From Myxococcota bacterium (GTDB lineage Bacteria > Myxococcota_A > UBA796 > SXON01), in assembly GCA_040386535.1 (NCBI GenBank), contig JAZKFH010000038.1, positions 123,191 to 187,190 on the forward strand: DNA of 64,000 nt. Direction: 5' to 3'. This document shows positions 59,118-64,000 of the stretch, piece after piece (position 1 is the first letter of the stretch; the number at the start of each line of letters is the position of its first letter). The notes beneath the pieces are model-generated. The model had not been told where the DNA came from and did no database searches. It was given only the letters and a program-made list of their open reading frames with translations. Made by a program: the position numbers and the translations under genes.

Positions 59118-61439
59118 CTACTCTCCCTTTTCGAGCTTCTTCTGCGCCATTTGAACATACTTGCGGATGTTCGGGATCTCGGGGTCGAGCGCGAGGGCGC
59201 GCTGGAGGTCCTGGTGCGCCTGCCGGTAGTTCTTGCGGTAGTAGTGGGAGATGCCGCGGCGGCAGCGGGCCATGGCGTGGCTGCCGTCGATCTCGACCGC
59301 CTGGTCGTAGAACTCGATGGCGCGCTTGTACTCCTTGCGGGCGAAGTACAGGTCACCCATCGCGACGTGTGACTCGGGGCGGTCGGGCGCGTGGTCCTCG
59401 GCGCGCGCGAAGTCGCTCATGGCGCTGGAGTAGTCCCCGAGCTCGAGGTGGCACCGACCGCGGCCGATGTGCGCCTCGACGAGGTTGTAGCGCATGTCCA
59501 GCGCGTCGGTGTAGAGCTGGATGGCCTTGTGGAAGTCGCCCCGGCGCGCGAGCACGTTCGCCTCCACGATGAGCTTCTGCACGTGGTTGTCGTCGGGCAC
59601 CACGCTCTCGCGCACGGGCGGTGGGAGGTCGGCGGCGGGGTTGGTGCGGTCGTCCGGGTCGTCCTCGGTGAGGCGGGGGGCGCCGCGCTGCGTCCGGACG
59701 GCGACGTTGCTCTCGAAGGACACGGACAGGTTGCTCGCGCCGCTGTGGGCGCGGATCTCGTTGGCGCCCTCGTCCTCGTTCGGCTCCTCGTCGGCGGGGA
59801 GGTCGATCTCCTCCTCGGCGCCGGCCAGCCGCGGCGCGGCCCCACGCCCGGCGGCGCGTACGTCGAGCCGGGCGGCCGAGGCACCGGACACGCGCGGCTC
59901 CCGCAGCGTCGGCAGGGACGCGCGATCCGCGGCCTTGACGCTGATGGTCTCCTCGTCGAAGCGGCCGGCGGCGCGGGGCGCGGCGAGCTCGGGGGGCAAC
60001 AGGCGCGGGCCGGGCGCGGGCTCGGGAGCGGGCTCGGGAGGGGCCCCGAAGTCGAGGACGCTGTGCTCGTGCAGCCCGTCGGGGTCGACCGGCGCGTTGC
60101 CGTCCTCCGTCGGCGCGGCGAGGAACGAGGGGCGCTCGGAGGTGCGGACCACGGGCGTCGGGCTCGCGACGGCGGGGGGGGCGATGGCCGGGACAGATTT
60201 TGCGGCCGCTCCCCGTTCGACGGCGGGGGCGGTGCCGAGGGCGCCCGCGGCCCAGTCCGACAGGTCGTTCGAGAGGAGCGAGGCCGGCGCGATGGTCAGC
60301 ACGGCGACCACGGTGGCGTCGGGCTCCGCGGGGGGGGCCGACGCGAGCAGATCGGCCAGGGACGGCAGGAACTCTGCGGGAGGAGCGGGCTCGGAGGTCG
60401 GCTCGGGCTCGGGGGGGGGCGCCGCGACCCTCGGCTCCGGTGCCGGCGGCAGCGCCGCGGCGCGGCTGACCTCGTCCATCGTGAACTCGATGGGCGTGAA
60501 GTCGGTCGTCCCCAGATCGGGCAGCTCGCCCGTGGTTTCCGTGGTGGTGAAGGTCTCCTCGGCGGGCGCGTGGGGGTCCGCCGGGATCTGGATGGCGGGG
60601 CTCGGCGGCGGGGTGACCGGCGCCACGGGCGCGACGACCACGGGCGCGACGACCACGGGCGCGACGCTGGGAAGCACGGCCGGCGTGACGACGGGGCCCG
60701 GCGTAGGGCGCGCGGCCGCCTGCGCGAGGTCCCTGAGCGTGTCCACGACGGGATCGGCGGGCTGGCGCCGCGGGGCCACGGGCGGGCCCGAGCGGTCCAG
60801 CAGGAGGGAGCGCGCCATCCGCTCCGTCGAGCGGCGCTGGCCGGAAGCGTCGGTTTGCGAGAGCGTTGGCGCGATGGCCGGCGTGCTGGTCGGCGCGACG
60901 GCGGGGGTGGGAGGGACCGCAGCCGGGGCGGGGGACGGAGCCGCGGCGACGGGCGTGACGGCCACCGCCGGGAGCGCGGGGAGGGGGACGGGGGCCGGGA
61001 CGACCGGAAGGGGGACGGGCGCGACGACGGGGCGGGCCGCGGGCGCCGGAGCGACGGGGCGGGCCGCGGGCACCACGGCCGGAGTTGGCGCCACGGTCGG
61101 CATGGAGGCCGCGAGCGCCGACACGTGGCCGGCCGCCTCGGGGCGCAGCGCGCGCAGGTGGAGCGCGAGGCGGCGCTCGATCACGGCCCCTGCGGTGTCC
61201 TCGTACGAGAGGTCCGCCGCGGCGTCGCGATGCAGGGCCATCAGGCGGTCGAACGGGAGGTGGGCGGCCGCGAGCTGGAGGAGCGCCGCGCGCCCCGCCG
61301 TGAGCGTGCCGAGCACGGCGCGCGCCGCTTCGAGCGTGCCGTCCGGAGAGCCGCCGCCGGAGCCTGCGGAGAGGCCGCCGAGTGAACTGAACGAGGGGCC
61401 GCCCGCGGGCCCCGGAGCGGGAGGGCGTTCACTCGGCAT
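59118..61439 (-). CDS. Protein with long Pro/Ala-rich disordered region and C-terminal TPRs
   Basis: About four clean TPRs in the last 140 aa; low-complexity centre. Confidence 0.85.
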   Translation of the reverse strand: MPSERPPAPGPAGGPSFSSLGGLSAGSGGGSPDGTLEAARAVLGTLTAGRAALLQLAAAHLPFDRLMALHRDAAADLSYEDTAGAVIERRLALHLRALRPEAAGHVSALAASMPTVAPTPAVVPAARPVAPAPAARPVVAPVPLPVVPAPVPLPALPAVAVTPVAAAPSPAPAAVPPTPAVAPTSTPAIAPTLSQTDASGQRRSTERMARSLLLDRSGPPVAPRRQPADPVVDTLRDLAQAAARPTPGPVVTPAVLPSVAPVVVAPVVVAPVAPVTPPPSPAIQIPADPHAPAEETFTTTETTGELPDLGTTDFTPIEFTMDEVSRAAALPPAPEPRVAAPPPEPEPTSEPAPPAEFLPSLADLLASAPPAEPDATVVAVLTIAPASLLSNDLSDWAAGALGTAPAVERGAAAKSVPAIAPPAVASPTPVVRTSERPSFLAAPTEDGNAPVDPDGLHEHSVLDFGAPPEPAPEPAPGPRLLPPELAAPRAAGRFDEETISVKAADRASLPTLREPRVSGASAARLDVRAAGRGAAPRLAGAEEEIDLPADEEPNEDEGANEIRAHSGASNLSVSFESNVAVRTQRGAPRLTEDDPDDRTNPAADLPPPVRESVVPDDNHVQKLIVEANVLARRGDFHKAIQLYTDALDMRYNLVEAHIGRGRCHLELGDYSSAMSDFARAEDHAPDRPESHVAMGDLYFARKEYKRAIEFYDQAVEIDGSHAMARCRRGISHYYRKNYRQAHQDLQRALALDPEIPNIRKYVQMAQKKLEKGE

Positions 61440-61445
61440 GGGCGG

Positions 61446-61976
61446 CTACTCCTTGGCGCCGATGTTGAGCGCCTGCATCTGCTGGGACAGGCCGCTCATG
61501 CTCATCATCAGCTCTTCGCGGAGCTTGCGCATGCGCCCCACGTTCTCCTCAAGCGTGCGGAGCTTGCCCTTCAGATCGGTGTTCTCGCGGCGGAGCGCCT
61601 CGCTCTCCTCCTCGAGGCCGCGCATGCGGCCGCGCTGGTCCTCGATCTGGGCGTCGGCTTCGCGCACTTCGCGCTCGGTGCGCTCGACCTGGTCGCGCAG
61701 GCGATCGCGCTCGCCGACGAGGCCGCCGTGCTGGGTGCGCACCTCGTCCGCGCGGGCGCGGAGCGCCTCCATCTCGGCGCGCAGCTCGGTGATCTCGCCC
61801 GACAGGGTCTCCTGGAGCTGGCGGTAGCGGCTGATCTCCATCTCGGTCGAGACCACCTGCCGGGTGGCCTGCTCGGCGCCCTTCATGGCCGCCATGAGCT
61901 CCTGGATCCGGGCCTCGAGGATGCCCGCGAGCTCGGAGGAGATCTGGTTCAGCCGGTCGCTACTTTCGGTCGCCAT
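61446..61976 (-). CDS. Coiled-coil protein
   Basis: E/R/Q/L-rich heptad pattern throughout; SD AGGAG. Confidence 0.85.
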   Translation of the reverse strand: MATESSDRLNQISSELAGILEARIQELMAAMKGAEQATRQVVSTEMEISRYRQLQETLSGEITELRAEMEALRARADEVRTQHGGLVGERDRLRDQVERTEREVREADAQIEDQRGRMRGLEEESEALRRENTDLKGKLRTLEENVGRMRKLREELMMSMSGLSQQMQALNIGAKE

Positions 61977-62042
61977 CAACGCTCCTGGGTTTCCGCCAGG
62001 GCCACGCTATCAGGATCGACCTCGCGGAGCCATTACAGCGGG

Positions 62043-62128
62043 GCGGGGCGGGGCGTCGGGCGGCCCGGCGGCGGGCGGGGCGTCGGGCGGCCCGGCGGCG
62101 GGGCGGGGCGTCGGGCGGCCCGGCGGCG
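62043..62128. repeat. Tandem ~27-28 bp GC repeat x3 (gggcggggcgtcgggcggcccggcggc)
   Basis: Directly visible; forms the outer end of the reverse arm copy. Confidence 0.8.
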
Positions 62129-62246
62129 CGGCGCCGCCGTCGGGTCGGCTCCAGGCAGCGCTGCGCTCGGTCCGGCGGCGCGCCGAGGCGGCGCGCCGCC
62201 GGGACCGGCCGCTGCCGCGGCCGCCTTCCGCGCCCCTGCCGCGGGG
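62112..62246 (-). repeat. GC-rich arm repeat copy, most similar to 2925-3056
   Basis: Shares cgggcggcccggcg, gccgtcgggtcggctccaggc and ggccgccttccgcgcccctgccgcggg with 2925-3056. Confidence 0.85.
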
Positions 62247-62406
62247 CGTGGTCGTCCGGGGCGGCGCCAAGCTGGACGCGTTTGCGCGACGCTGCGCGCG
62301 GCTCCTCGCCCCCGAACCTCCCGCCCGAAAGCACGCCACGCTATGGCCCTCATGGTCCCCGCCTCGCCAGTACCTGGCCGCCAACGGAAGGACTGAAGAG
62401 ACGATC

Positions 62407-62970
62407 ATGCGCTCGGTGCTCGCCGATTTCGAACGCGTCCTCCCCTTGGAAGTGTCGGATGGCCTCGCCCCGCCCGCGAGTGAAGTGGAGTTGGACGACG
62501 CCCAGGCACGGCTGGGCGTACTCCTCGACCCCGCCCATCGAGCGCTTCTGACGTGGCATGACGGGGGCAAGCCCGGGCCCGAGCGAAGGCGGCGGATGAT
62601 CGAGCTTGTTCCCCGATTTCGCCTCCTCTCGGCGACGGAGTTGCCCGGCCACCACGACGCTCTCCGTGCAGGGCTGCCCGAGTGGGCAGGTTTCACGCCG
62701 TTTTGCGCGCACCGGACCGCCCCCGCGTGGCTCGCGTTTGCCGAGCCCGGGCACCCGATGCACGGTCGCGTCGTGATGATCGACGTGCACGCGATCGACT
62801 TCCCCAGCTACGCATCCGCGTTCGACGACGTTCGTGCGATGCTCCAGACTGTGGTCCAAGCGATCGAGGAGGGTGCGATCGTGTTCGATGGCGGGACGAT
62901 GCAGCGTGGAGCCGGGTTTCGCGACATCGCGGCGCGTCGCAACCCACAGTGCACGATCTGGAGTGCCTGA
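62407..62970 (+). CDS. SMI1/KNR4 family protein (putative immunity protein)
   Basis: LAPPASEVELDDAQARLGVLLDPAHRALLTWHDGG..FRLLS..GRVV. Confidence 0.8.
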   Translation: MRSVLADFERVLPLEVSDGLAPPASEVELDDAQARLGVLLDPAHRALLTWHDGGKPGPERRRRMIELVPRFRLLSATELPGHHDALRAGLPEWAGFTPFCAHRTAPAWLAFAEPGHPMHGRVVMIDVHAIDFPSYASAFDDVRAMLQTVVQAIEEGAIVFDGGTMQRGAGFRDIAARRNPQCTIWSA

Positions 62971-63174
62971 GCATGGATGGGGCGCCGAAGGGCCCGCTCC
63001 TCAATACGGCGCGGCGCCGCCGTCGCGTCGGCTCCAATCCGGACGGTCCACCTCCGGCCACGGGCCTCCTTGCGCGCCCCTGCCGCGGGGCGTGTTCGTT
63101 GGGGGCGGCCGCGTTCGAATTGGAAGGTTCTGTTGCCGTGGGAGTCTGGCAACGTCCCAAGTCGGAGGATGCGA

Positions 63175-63680
63175 TCTCCGTGCCTATGCACAATCCTAAG
63201 CCCTCGAGTACTCGGGCGCCGAGGTCCGAGGTCATGCCCCCTTCAACGCCGCTAAATCGGAGTCATGCCCCCGTGAACGCCCAATTCGGGGCTCGCTTCA
63301 CGCGCCCTCTACGGAGCAAGCGGCGTTTTCCGCGCGGGCGCGAGCGCTTGCAGCCTGGATCCGAGCATTCAACCAGGCATGACTCCCTGCCGCGTGCACT
63401 CATGGGGACATGACCCTGCGGTCGGGCTCCTGCGGCGCCCGCCGCGATTGGGGGAGTCGGCCGTGGGCTCCAGAGACCTCGGGAGCGAGGCCTGCTGGGA
63501 CGCACGGGCGCCTGACCCCTCTCCAAGGCTGGCGCCACCAGACGAATCCGACCCCCACCCGGGCGAGGAGACTGGAGGGCGGCCGCCGCTCCGGGCGGCC
63601 GGTCCCGCCCGCGCCGCGCGGGCGGACCAAGCGCAGCGCGCCCGCAAGGCGCCGACCCCGGCTCCGCCGGGGGCGCCCCC
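63175..63680. repeat. Composite repeat copy C: GTCATGCC nested-palindrome core plus forward arm
   Basis: Core 63175-63420 matches 44902-45147; arm 63551-63680 matches 3441-3575 (ggacc.agcgcagcg.gcccgcaagg.gccgacccc). Confidence 0.9.
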
Positions 63681-63735
63681 CGCTCCGCCCGTAGCTCCGC
63701 CATTCCCCCGCCCCAGCGCGCTATGCTCCCACCTC

Positions 63736-64000
63736 GTGGACCCCCGCCCCGCCAGGCCGCGCGTGCTCGTCGTGGATGACCACGCGCGCGACCGTTTGCA
63801 CGTGGTGGCCGCGCTCGCCGGGCGGTTCGACGTGTTCCCGGTGCCGTCGGGTGACGATCCGCTGCGCGCCGCACGCGCGCGCCGACCCGAGCTGGTGCTG
63901 GTCTCGCTAGGGCACGGCTCGGTCGACGACGCGCTCCGCATCTGCCGCACGCTGCGCACCGACGTGCGGCCGCTGGAGCGCGTGGCCGTGTACGTGCGGG
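63736..64000 (+). CDS. Response-regulator receiver-like protein, partial (runs off the right edge)
   Basis: Manual translation: VDPRPARPRVLVVDDHARDR...SGDDPLRAARARRPELVLVSLG..DDALRICRTLR. Confidence 0.75.
   Translation, partial: MDPRPARPRVLVVDDHARDRLHVVAALAGRFDVFPVPSGDDPLRAARARRPELVLVSLGHGSVDDALRICRTLRTDVRPLERVAVYVR

Overview
High-GC chromosomal window, probably from a Myxococcota/deltaproteobacterial lineage (inferred from four MYXO-CTERM-like C-termini, MopE-type/FG-GAP lipoproteins and an MXAN_6640-like protease). It holds about 53 real CDSs; most long ORFs in the six-frame track are antisense or frameshifted shadows. Content: pcrA (partial) and glmU; a HUH/Y1 REP-associated transposase (RAYT) next to a palindrome array; elbB and an SDR; an operon coding an LbH acyltransferase, a zinc-finger bacterial histone and DUF2277; a STAND regulator; a SAP-caspase converging on a Tat-exported TPR-CHAT protease; a CsgG-like/DUF928-like/CHASE2/FG-GAP/CsgG-like operon divergent from an M48-TPR peptidase; accessory orphans; TetR-OYE; a large WD40 protein; surface-anchored proteases with an HmuY-like lipoprotein and three ATP-grasp paralogues; ArsR-SRPBCC; CotH; an orphan SMI1/KNR4; and a pseudo-receiver at the right edge. 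Main observations: (1) a Bd0055-like histone fold fused to a Cys/His zinc finger and coupled to an acyltransferase; (2) an intergenic repeat family (at least 9 copies) with a covarying hairpin that brackets several different palindromic cores and orphan genes, plus a candidate cognate RAYT; (3) a caspase/CHAT/CHASE2 module whose CHASE2 has no output domain. No rRNA, tRNA or CRISPR array was recognised. All domain calls are by eye from motifs; no database searches were run.
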